Below are positions 16,984-24,839 of a stretch of 58,751 nt of DNA, piece after piece. Under the pieces are notes generated by a model that saw nothing but the letters and a program-made list of their open reading frames with translations, was not told the origin of the DNA and searched no databases. The first letter of the stretch is position 1. Every line of letters begins with the position of its first letter. A program made the position numbers and the translations under genes. Source of the DNA: Gammaproteobacteria bacterium (GTDB lineage: Bacteria; Pseudomonadota; Gammaproteobacteria; Steroidobacterales; Steroidobacteraceae); assembly GCA_028870705.1 (NCBI GenBank), contig JAGWPD010000252.1, forward strand, positions 1 to 58,751, written 5' to 3'.

Positions 16984-18048
16984 TCAGTGCGCCGATCCGG
17001 CGCCGGTCGACTTCGGCGCGACTCGCCCGATGGCGAGGACGGCAAACGAGTCCGGAATCAGCTCCGGCTTGCCGCCGGGCGTGGCTGCGGTGAAACGCGC
17101 CGTCGGGACGTAAACCGTGCCCGTATCGGCGTCCAGTGCCAGCGTGCGGGCGCCCGGGCCGGTCCTGACGGTCGGCTGCCGGACGAATTTCTGCGGAGAT
17201 TCCACCTGGTACACGTCCAGCAGCCCCTCCCGATTGGAGACGAACACGCGCGAGCGCCTGGCATCGAAGGCCACGCCGTCGGGATCACCGCTGATGGGCA
17301 GGATGCTGACCAGCCGGCCCGTGTCACTGTCGAGGATCGCCATCTTGCCATTGCCGCACACGGAGAAAACGCGGTGCCGCTCCCGGTCGACCGCCAGCCC
17401 GGTGGGCTCTTCGCAGGGCGCCAGCGACCACTCGCCGGTCTTGCGCAGCGTGGCCGTGTCGAGCACATGCACGACCGACTTGCCCTCGTCGTTGATGAAG
17501 GCATGGCCGCGGCCGTCGAAGCCGATCTGCTCGAGCTTCACGCCCCCGAGGGCAATCGTTCGCACGATCGTGTCCGAGCGGGGGTCGATGATGGTGAGAT
17601 CGCCCGTCTCACCGCCGTTGACGACGAACAGCCGGCCGGACTGGCTGTCGTACTGGATGGCGTCGGGCTTCACGCCGGTCGGGCCGATGCGCTTGCTGGC
17701 CGCGAGCGTCCGCGGATCGAATACCGACACCTGCCGATCCAGGCCATCGCTCGTGTAGACCTTGCCGAGCGCGCTGATGATCTCGATGCCGTGCACGCCG
17801 TGCATGCCGGCGAGCTCGCCGACCTTGTTCCCGGCGGGCAGGGCCAGCACTTCGACGCGATTGCCGTGCGCCACGTACAGGCGCGGCTGCGCGCTGTCGA
17901 CCTTGAGGTAGTCGTAGCCGGTATCGTTGCCGCCAATCGCAAATCGCGCGATGATCCCCAGCGCGCCGTCCGCCGCGGTTGCCGCCGGAGCGGCCAGGAT
18001 AAGGCTCAACAGTACGCCTGCGGGGGTGGTGACTTTCACTGCCTTCAT
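16984..18048 (-). CDS. Secreted YVTN-repeat beta-propeller protein (YncE-like)
   Basis: 354 aa with signal peptide 'LLSLILAAPAATAADG'. Repeated blade units: 'RLYVAHGNRVEVL', 'KVYTSDGLDRQVSVFD', 'RLFVVNGGETGDLTIID', 'RVFSVCGNGKMAILD' and 'RVFVSNREGLLDVY'. Confidence 0.8.
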   Translation of the reverse strand: MKAVKVTTPAGVLLSLILAAPAATAADGALGIIARFAIGGNDTGYDYLKVDSAQPRLYVAHGNRVEVLALPAGNKVGELAGMHGVHGIEIISALGKVYTSDGLDRQVSVFDPRTLAASKRIGPTGVKPDAIQYDSQSGRLFVVNGGETGDLTIIDPRSDTIVRTIALGGVKLEQIGFDGRGHAFINDEGKSVVHVLDTATLRKTGEWSLAPCEEPTGLAVDRERHRVFSVCGNGKMAILDSDTGRLVSILPISGDPDGVAFDARRSRVFVSNREGLLDVYQVESPQKFVRQPTVRTGPGARTLALDADTGTVYVPTARFTAATPGGKPELIPDSFAVLAIGRVAPKSTGAGSAH

Positions 18049-18126
18049 CGCTGCTCCTTAAAGGTTGCCGTCTCCGGCGCAACTGCTGCGCGGAACGGCA
18101 GCGTAGAATGACAACCTGAAATCACC

Positions 18127-18792
18127 ATGAAAATCCTCATTGTCGAAGACCAGCAGAAGCTGGCATCGCTGCTTCGACAAGGCCTGGCGGAAGCCGGCTA
18201 TGCGGTGGATCACGCCGGCACCTGCGCCGCAGCGCACGACGCGCTGAGCGAATCCAGCTACGACGCCATCGTGCTCGATCTGGGCCTGCCCGACGGCGAC
18301 GGCCTCGATGTGCTCAGGAGCTGGCGGAAGGCCGGATTCAACGAGCCCGTCATCATCCTGAGCGCGCGCGATGCCGTACAGGACCGGATCCGCGGGCTGG
18401 ACGTCGGCGCCGACGACTACCTGCCAAAGCCGTTCAGCCTGCCCGAATTGCTGGCGCGCCTGCGCTCGCTGCTGCGCCGGCATGCCAACATCAAGGATAC
18501 GGTGCTGGAACACCGCGGCATCCGCTTCGACACGGTCGGGCGCAGCGTGAGGTTCAATGGCGAGGCGGTGGAACTGACCAGCCGCGAGCTGGCCTTGCTG
18601 GAGATCTTCATGCAGAACGCGGGCCGCCTGCTGCCGCGCACGCTGATCTGTGAAAAGGTCTGGTCATCTCCCTACGAGGTCGACGCCAATCTGCTCGATG
18701 TATACATGAGCCGGCTGCGCTCCAGGTTCACGCCGCCCGATGGAACCGTGCTGTTCAAGACGGTGCGCGGCGTGGGGTTCAAGCTGCAATGA
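18127..18792 (+). CDS. OmpR-family response regulator (CusR/CopR-like)
   Basis: Receiver motifs 'MKILIVEDQ', 'IVLDLGLPDGDG' and 'GADDYLPKPF'. Winged helix 'DANLLDVYMSRLRSRF...TVRGVGFKL'. Confidence 0.9.
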   Translation: MKILIVEDQQKLASLLRQGLAEAGYAVDHAGTCAAAHDALSESSYDAIVLDLGLPDGDGLDVLRSWRKAGFNEPVIILSARDAVQDRIRGLDVGADDYLPKPFSLPELLARLRSLLRRHANIKDTVLEHRGIRFDTVGRSVRFNGEAVELTSRELALLEIFMQNAGRLLPRTLICEKVWSSPYEVDANLLDVYMSRLRSRFTPPDGTVLFKTVRGVGFKLQ

Positions 18793-20201
18793 GATCAATT
18801 GGCGCGCGGTTGGCAGCCTGGTACGCAGCGGCCGCTGCGATCACGCTGGCTTGCGCATCGCTCGCGGGCTATTACATGCTGCGCTCCTACCTGATCGCAG
18901 GGCTGGACGTCTTCAATCGCTCCGAGTTCGAGCAGATCCGCACGCGCCTCGGGCCCGACGTGTCCACCCTGACGCCGCCCGAAATCGAGCGCCGCATCCG
19001 CGAGGTCACCGAGGCCGCCTCGGTCCTGTTCTACATCGACGTCCACCATCGCCATACGGGCACGATATTCTTCTCCAAGAACCTGCACGGCCAGCCGGTT
19101 CCCGACATCAAGGGCCTGGATCGCTACGACATTGCGTTTCCGGGTGCCGGCATGCTGCGCGTGGGCGAATTCGTGCTGCCGCCGTTCGATGTCATCATCG
19201 GCACACCGGAGTCCCAGCTGATCGCGGTCATGGAGGGTTACACCGAGGTCACCAGCGCGCTGGTCGTCATCATGCTCGCGGTGAGCGTCGTCATCGGGCT
19301 CGGGCTGAGCCGCATGGCACTGCGCCCCGTGCGTCTCATCAGCGACACGGCCAGCCGCATCCGTTCCGACAACCTCGGCGACCGCATCCCCGTGCCCGCG
19401 GTGCAGGACGAAATCTCCGCGCTGGCACAACTCCTGAATGCCATGTTCGACCGCTTGCAGGCCTCGTTCCAGAACGTGCGGCGGTTCGCGGCCGACGCCT
19501 CGCATGAGTTGAAGACGCCCCTGTCGCTGGTGAGGCTGCACGCGGAGAAGATCCTCGCCAGCGGCGGACTGGACGCGGAAAGCGAGGAACAGGTCCACTC
19601 GATCCTCGAGGAACTGGCACGGCTCAATGCGACCATCGAAGACCTGCTGTTCCTGTCCCGCGCCGAGGCGCGCTCGATCCATCTGCAGCTGGCCGCCCAG
19701 GATCCGGCCGCGCTGCTGCAGTCCTTCGGTGTGGATGCGCAGGTACTGGCCGAGCACCGCGGCCTGCACTACGCCTGGCGCCACGCCGGCACAGCCGAGT
19801 GTGAGTTCGAACCCCGCTACATGCGCCGTGTGCTGCTGAACCTGCTCAGCAATGCCATCGAAGCCTCGCCGCCCGGCGGCCAGATCCGGCTGCGATCTTC
19901 GATCGATGCGGCGGAGTGGCGGATGGAACTCGAGGATGAGGGCTGCGGCGTGCCGCCCGGCGAGCAGGAACATATCTTCGACCGCTTCGTGCGGCTGGGC
20001 GCAGCCAAGCCTGGAACTTCGGATGGCAGCGGCCTCGGGCTGGCGATCTGCCGCAGCATCGTCGACCTGCACGGAGGCCAGATACGCGCCCGATCCGGCC
20101 AGGGTGGCCGGGGCCTGTGCGTGGAAATCGTGCTGCCGGTGCGGGTCATCGCGCCCGCCCTGGTCAGCGCGCTGCCGCTCAGAGCACCAGTGCCGGCGTG
20201 A
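18789..20201 (+). CDS. Sensor histidine kinase (CusS-like; periplasmic loop, HAMP, HisKA, HATPase)
   Basis: ATGA overlap with the response regulator. Two TM segments flank a loop of about 130 aa. H-box 'FAADASHELKTPLS'; G-box 'GSGLGLAICRSIVDLHGG'. Confidence 0.9.
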   Translation: MRSIGARLAAWYAAAAAITLACASLAGYYMLRSYLIAGLDVFNRSEFEQIRTRLGPDVSTLTPPEIERRIREVTEAASVLFYIDVHHRHTGTIFFSKNLHGQPVPDIKGLDRYDIAFPGAGMLRVGEFVLPPFDVIIGTPESQLIAVMEGYTEVTSALVVIMLAVSVVIGLGLSRMALRPVRLISDTASRIRSDNLGDRIPVPAVQDEISALAQLLNAMFDRLQASFQNVRRFAADASHELKTPLSLVRLHAEKILASGGLDAESEEQVHSILEELARLNATIEDLLFLSRAEARSIHLQLAAQDPAALLQSFGVDAQVLAEHRGLHYAWRHAGTAECEFEPRYMRRVLLNLLSNAIEASPPGGQIRLRSSIDAAEWRMELEDEGCGVPPGEQEHIFDRFVRLGAAKPGTSDGSGLGLAICRSIVDLHGGQIRARSGQGGRGLCVEIVLPVRVIAPALVSALPLRAPVPA

Positions 20202-20218
20202 CCGCCAGCGCACCGGCG

Positions 20219-21556
20219 CTACGTGAGGGTCGCGCCGCTGGCCGGATCAGGCTTGCCGCGGATCAGGCTCGCAACGAAGCCGATCGCGGCGGCGATTGAC
20301 AACCACGCGCCTGGCATGGCGCGATTGCCGGTCGCGTGAATCAGGTAGGTGGCGAGGACGGGGGTGGAGCCGCCGATCGTCGTTGCCAGGCTGTAGGCCA
20401 CCGAGAAGCCGGCGGTCCGCACTTGCGCCGGAACGATCTCGGTCAGATGCACGACCATCGCACCGTTGTAGCTGGCGTAGAGGAATGACAGCCAGAGCTC
20501 CACGGCCAGGAGCCTCGAGAACGAGGGCGCGTGTACCAGCCAGGACATGGCCGGATATGCCGTCAGCACCGCCAGTCCGGAAAACAGCAGCAGCAGCGGC
20601 CGACGCCCCGTCCGGTCCGATAGCGCGCCCATGACCGGCAGCCACAGCAGGTTCGCCAGGCCCACGCACAGCGTCACCAGCAACGCGTCGCTGTTCGCCA
20701 GATGCAGGATGCTCCGGCCATAGGTCGGCGTATAGGCGGTGATGGTGTAGAAGGACACCGTCGTCATCAGCACCATGGCGACGCCCCGCAGGATGATCCG
20801 CCAGTGCGTCAGCAGACTCCGATAGATTTCCGCCGGACGCGGGTGATGCCTGCGCGCGGCAAATTCGGTCGTCTCCTGCAGGCTGCGTCTTATCATGAAT
20901 ACGAACGGGATGATCAGGCAGCCAACGATCAGCGGGATCCGCCAACCCCAGGCCGCCAGCGCATCCGGCGGCATCCAGGCCGACAGCGCATAGCCCAGCA
21001 ATCCAGCAAAGGCCACCGCAACCTGCTGGCTCCCGGACTGCCACGAGACATAGAAGCCCTTGTGGCCGGGCGTCGCCATTTCGGACAGGTACACCGAGAC
21101 GCCGCCGAGCTCGACGCCAGCCGAGAACCCCTGGCAGAGGCGCCCCAGCACCACCAGGATCGGCGCGAACAGTCCGATGGTCTGGTAGCCAGGCACCAGC
21201 GCAATCGTCAGAGTGCCGACGGACATCAGGGCCAAGGTCACGAGCAGCCCTTTGCGCCGGCCGATGTGGTCAATGTACGCGCCGAGGAATATGGCCCCCA
21301 GTGGCCGGACCAGGAATCCGACCGCGAAGGTGGTCAACGAAAACATCAGCGATGCGAACTCGCTGCTCGCCGGGAAATAGGCGCGGCCGATCGCGGCGCT
21401 GAAATAGCCGAACACCATGAAGTCGTACATTTCCAGGAAGTTTCCGCTCGCGACACGGAACACCGTCCTGGCCATGCCAAGTCGTTGCTGGGCAGAACTG
21501 CGCTTGTGCAAGAGATCCCCCGTTCGGCCCTGGTGTGCAGTGGCCGCGCGTATCAC
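20219..21556 (-). CDS. MHS-family MFS transporter, citrate/tricarboxylate-proton symporter-like (CitA/CitH-like)
   Basis: Long collinear similarity to enterobacterial CitH as I recall it: 'SGNFLEMYDF..FPASSEFASLM', 'GAYIDHIGRRKG', 'GRLCQGFSAGVELGGVSVYLSEMATPGHKGFYVSWQSGSQQVAV' and 'WGWRIPL'. The start may be the internal Met at 21475. Confidence 0.75.
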   Translation of the reverse strand: MIRAATAHQGRTGDLLHKRSSAQQRLGMARTVFRVASGNFLEMYDFMVFGYFSAAIGRAYFPASSEFASLMFSLTTFAVGFLVRPLGAIFLGAYIDHIGRRKGLLVTLALMSVGTLTIALVPGYQTIGLFAPILVVLGRLCQGFSAGVELGGVSVYLSEMATPGHKGFYVSWQSGSQQVAVAFAGLLGYALSAWMPPDALAAWGWRIPLIVGCLIIPFVFMIRRSLQETTEFAARRHHPRPAEIYRSLLTHWRIILRGVAMVLMTTVSFYTITAYTPTYGRSILHLANSDALLVTLCVGLANLLWLPVMGALSDRTGRRPLLLLFSGLAVLTAYPAMSWLVHAPSFSRLLAVELWLSFLYASYNGAMVVHLTEIVPAQVRTAGFSVAYSLATTIGGSTPVLATYLIHATGNRAMPGAWLSIAAAIGFVASLIRGKPDPASGATLT

Positions 21557-21646
21557 GACTGCGGTGCGGTCGGTGGATGGATGGTGCGCGCGCCGAGCTG
21601 TCAGGATGCTGTCAATTCGGGTGCCCGGGCGAGCGCCGACGATATG

Positions 21647-21683
21647 CCCCCTGGCGCGCCAGTCAGGCTGGCGCGCCAGGGGG
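21647..21683. repeat. Perfect 16-bp-stem GC-rich hairpin, equivalent to two copies of the 12-bp palindrome CTGGCGCGCCAG
   Basis: CCCCCTGGCGCGCCAG (21647-21662), loop TCAGG, CTGGCGCGCCAGGGGG (21668-21683). It lies between the TBDR stop and the symporter start. No U-tract on either strand. Confidence 0.7.
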
Positions 21684-21707
21684 GAGTGGCCCGGCCGGAT
21701 CGCCTGC

Positions 21708-24700
21708 CTAGAGCTTCACCTTGGCCGCGAGGTACCAGGTGCGTCCGATCACGTCGTACGTCGCGGCATCGGTCCTCAATTCGAGCGTGCCGATGAAGGG
21801 TGGGGCCTTGTTGGCGAGGTTGTTCACGCCGGCGCTGACCGTGAGCGAATCGGAGAAGGCGTAATGGAAGTCCGCATCGAAATAGCTGACCGCCGGCACC
21901 GGCTTGGTCAGGTCATCGAGATTCGCCATGCCGCCGATATAGCGCCAGCGCAACGAGGCCGTGAACGGCGAGTTCGCGTAAGTCAGGTAGCTGTTGGTCT
22001 TCCAGCGCGGGTGCGAATAGAGGTTCTCGCCATCGGAGGTGACGAAGGTGTCGCTGATCGCGCCCTGGTAATTTGTGGCGGCGGACCCGTCGGACGGAGT
22101 GACGGTGTACTTGTTGAGATAACTGATGATCGATCCGACTTCCAGGGAGCCGGCCCTGGCGGACATGCCCAGCCGGTCGAGACCGAAGCGATAGTCGACC
22201 TGGGTATCGACACCGGCCAGCTTGAACTCGTTGTAGTTGAACAGCCCTGAAGTGAGCAGCGAAATCTGCCCCGACGTGGCATCGCGGGAAATGCGCTGGC
22301 AGTACGCATTGGCCGCCGAGAAGCCCGGATTGGCCGTCCCGCCGTAGCAGCTGGCGAGGATCTGTCCGGACGACAGGCTGGAGATCGCTCCGGAAATCGC
22401 CATGTTGTAGTAGTCAATCGAGATATTCAGGCCGTGCAGGGGCGTGAGGACCATCCCGATGGACCAGGACTTGGCCGTTTCCGGCTGCAGGAGCTTGTTG
22501 CCGCCGCTCTGGACGGGAACCGTCACGTTGGCGCCACCAAATGAATAGGTGGCTGAACCCGCCGCCGCCGACTGGGCCGCGCACAGCGCCTGAACCTGCG
22601 CACCGTTGGCGCCCGTGCGGTAGGTGCTCAGGACATCGCAGGGATCCCCACCGTTGAGGCTCAGCTGGCCAACACCGGTGCCGGCATAGAGGTCGGCGAG
22701 GCTCGGCGCGCGGAAGGCCACGGAGTAGCCGCCGCGGAAGCGCACGCCCTCGACCGCTGTCCAGCTGGCATCGGCCTTCCAGGTGCTCTTGCCCGCAAAG
22801 AGGTCGTACTTCGAGAAGCGGTATCCCAGATCGAGCGACAGATCCTTCGCGAGCGCCTTGTTCTCGAGCAAGGGCAGCAGCAGCTCACCAAAGGCTTCCT
22901 TCGCGTTCTGGGACCCGCCCGACGGGGTGTCCGAGCCGTAGGCCAGGGTGTCGCCCGTAATGAACATGGAATCAGGCTGGTAGGCGAACTCCGACTGGCG
23001 ATAATCTGCACCGAGCGCGAACTTCGCCTCGCCGGCAGGCATGCTGAACAGCGGCCCCTGGATCGACAATTCGACATCCTTCGCAGTCAGCACGTCGGTC
23101 GAATTCTCGGTGCGCCCGGCGTAGGTCAGGCAGGCCGCACTCACCGGCTGCAGGCCGAACGGGTTGTAGTTGCATCCGCCGGCGCCTTCGTTGGCCAACA
23201 CATTATTGATGGCGGACAGGCTGATGTCCCCGTTCGCCTGGCTGGCGTAGGCGCTGCGCCCGTACGAGGCATAGAGATCGTACGTCAGGCGGGTGCCGGG
23301 AATGTCGCCCTTCAGGCCGGCCAGCCCCTGCCAGACATCGTAGTTGTAGTTCTCGATGCGATTGCCCCAACCGAACATCAGCTTGGAGTAGCCCACTTTG
23401 GCACCGGCCGGAGCTGTTCCGCCGTAGGCCGAGTTGATCAGCGAGAGCAGAGCCGGGTTCGCCTGCACATAGGGGTTGCTCACCGGGATGTACAGCTCGA
23501 TGCTGCTGTTGTTGGTCTTCGTGCTGCCCGGGCTGGTGGCATCGAGCGCACTGGAGTGCGAGAAATTGAACTGGCCGTAAGCGGTGACGTGATCGTTGAG
23601 CCGGTAATCGACGCTGCCGAGCGCGTTGTACTTGGTCAGCGGCACCTGCACGGCGAAGTAGTTGCCCAGCACCACGCCCGCCTGCGTGCAGCTGGGAGAC
23701 AGCTGGGCACCTGTCACGCTTCCGACGCCCTTGTAGTTCTGTGCGCAGCCGAGTGAGCCAGGCACGACGGTGGTGAAGATCGTGCCATCGGTGTTCACGC
23801 CGATGGCCCCATTGTACGGGCCGCTGCCCGGGTAGGGCGTCGTGCCGGCATAGCCTGCCAGGATCGCGTTGACGCTCGCAATCGTCGGCGCGGTCGCGCC
23901 GGCGCCAAAGCCGCCCTTGTAGATCATTCCTTCCGGCGGGCGGCCGAGGAAGCGCACCGTGGGCTGCCTGAAGAAATCCCGCTGCGAACCCATCACCGCG
24001 TCGCGCTTCGCGTACTCGAACGCCAGCATCACGTTGCCGCGGTTGTCGTCGATCTTGCCGCCGATAATGCCGCTGACTTGGGTGGTCCCGCCATCGCCGT
24101 TGGTGCTTGCGCCGTGCTGGACGTCCAGTTCGACGCCGGAGAAATGCTGCTTGAGCTTGAAGTTGGCGACACCGGCGACGGCATCCGAGCCGTAGGCGGC
24201 CGAAGCGCCCCCGGTGATCACCTCGACGCTGTCGATCAGCGCCATGGGTATCGTGTTGAGGTCGATGGCGCCATCGGGCGTCGACGGCATGAGCCGGCGT
24301 CCGTCCATCAGCACCAGCGAGCGATTGCGGCCGATGCCGCGCAGGTCGCTGTAGGAGGCGCCGCCGCCGAAACCGACGCTGCCCTGCACGTCGCCGACCT
24401 CGGCCGCACCCTGCGCGGCCTCGAACTGCGGCATCTGCCCGATCACGCGGTCGAGCGACGGCTGGGCGGCCGCGGCGATGGCCGAGCTGCTGAGCGTGGA
24501 AATCGGGCTCTCGGCGTTGTAGTCGCGGCGCGAAATGCGCGAGCCGGTCACGATGATTTCCTCGGGTACCTCGGACTTGTCCGCGGTCGTGGCCGCTGGC
24601 GCGGCGGCTGGCGTACCGGGATCCGCAGCCCAGGCCGCCGGCGACCCTGCCGCTATCCCCAGCAAAAAGGCGAACAGGCCGGTGATCCCGGCGTGCTGAC

Positions 24701-24749
24701 GGCGCGCTGCCTGACAGGCGCCCGGTTCGACGTGGCGTCGCTTGCTCAT
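21708..24749 (-). CDS. TonB-dependent outer-membrane receptor (1013 aa)
   Basis: Signal peptide ends 'AGSPAAWAA'. Plug 'PEEIIVTGSRISRRD...RNRSLVLMDGRRL...IDSVEVITGGASAAYGSDAVAGVANF', then a long barrel. Confidence 0.9.
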   Translation of the reverse strand: MSKRRHVEPGACQAARRQHAGITGLFAFLLGIAAGSPAAWAADPGTPAAAPAATTADKSEVPEEIIVTGSRISRRDYNAESPISTLSSSAIAAAAQPSLDRVIGQMPQFEAAQGAAEVGDVQGSVGFGGGASYSDLRGIGRNRSLVLMDGRRLMPSTPDGAIDLNTIPMALIDSVEVITGGASAAYGSDAVAGVANFKLKQHFSGVELDVQHGASTNGDGGTTQVSGIIGGKIDDNRGNVMLAFEYAKRDAVMGSQRDFFRQPTVRFLGRPPEGMIYKGGFGAGATAPTIASVNAILAGYAGTTPYPGSGPYNGAIGVNTDGTIFTTVVPGSLGCAQNYKGVGSVTGAQLSPSCTQAGVVLGNYFAVQVPLTKYNALGSVDYRLNDHVTAYGQFNFSHSSALDATSPGSTKTNNSSIELYIPVSNPYVQANPALLSLINSAYGGTAPAGAKVGYSKLMFGWGNRIENYNYDVWQGLAGLKGDIPGTRLTYDLYASYGRSAYASQANGDISLSAINNVLANEGAGGCNYNPFGLQPVSAACLTYAGRTENSTDVLTAKDVELSIQGPLFSMPAGEAKFALGADYRQSEFAYQPDSMFITGDTLAYGSDTPSGGSQNAKEAFGELLLPLLENKALAKDLSLDLGYRFSKYDLFAGKSTWKADASWTAVEGVRFRGGYSVAFRAPSLADLYAGTGVGQLSLNGGDPCDVLSTYRTGANGAQVQALCAAQSAAAGSATYSFGGANVTVPVQSGGNKLLQPETAKSWSIGMVLTPLHGLNISIDYYNMAISGAISSLSSGQILASCYGGTANPGFSAANAYCQRISRDATSGQISLLTSGLFNYNEFKLAGVDTQVDYRFGLDRLGMSARAGSLEVGSIISYLNKYTVTPSDGSAATNYQGAISDTFVTSDGENLYSHPRWKTNSYLTYANSPFTASLRWRYIGGMANLDDLTKPVPAVSYFDADFHYAFSDSLTVSAGVNNLANKAPPFIGTLELRTDAATYDVIGRTWYLAAKVKL

Positions 24750-24781
24750 GGTCTTCCCCCAATGCGGTTTATTTGGCCTCC

Positions 24782-24810
24782 GGCGCCCGGGACCATCGGT
24801 CCCGGGCGCC
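24782..24810. repeat. Perfect 13-bp-stem hairpin between the histidine kinase and the TBDR
   Basis: GGCGCCCGGGACC, loop ATC, GGTCCCGGGCGCC. No U-tract. Confidence 0.6.
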
Positions 24811-24839
24811 AGCGGGGCGATCCTGCACGCGGATAGCTT

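Noticed and set aside
18104-18124. 'ATGACAA' resembling half of the E. coli CusR box, and a TAGAAT hexamer just upstream of the CusR-like regulator gene.
   Set aside because: The second half-site (TTGTCAT) is absent. The element sits within about 20 nt of the start codon. A single 7-mer match is not meaningful. The imperfect inverted repeat GTTGCCGT-N24-ACGGCAGC nearby is too weak to call.
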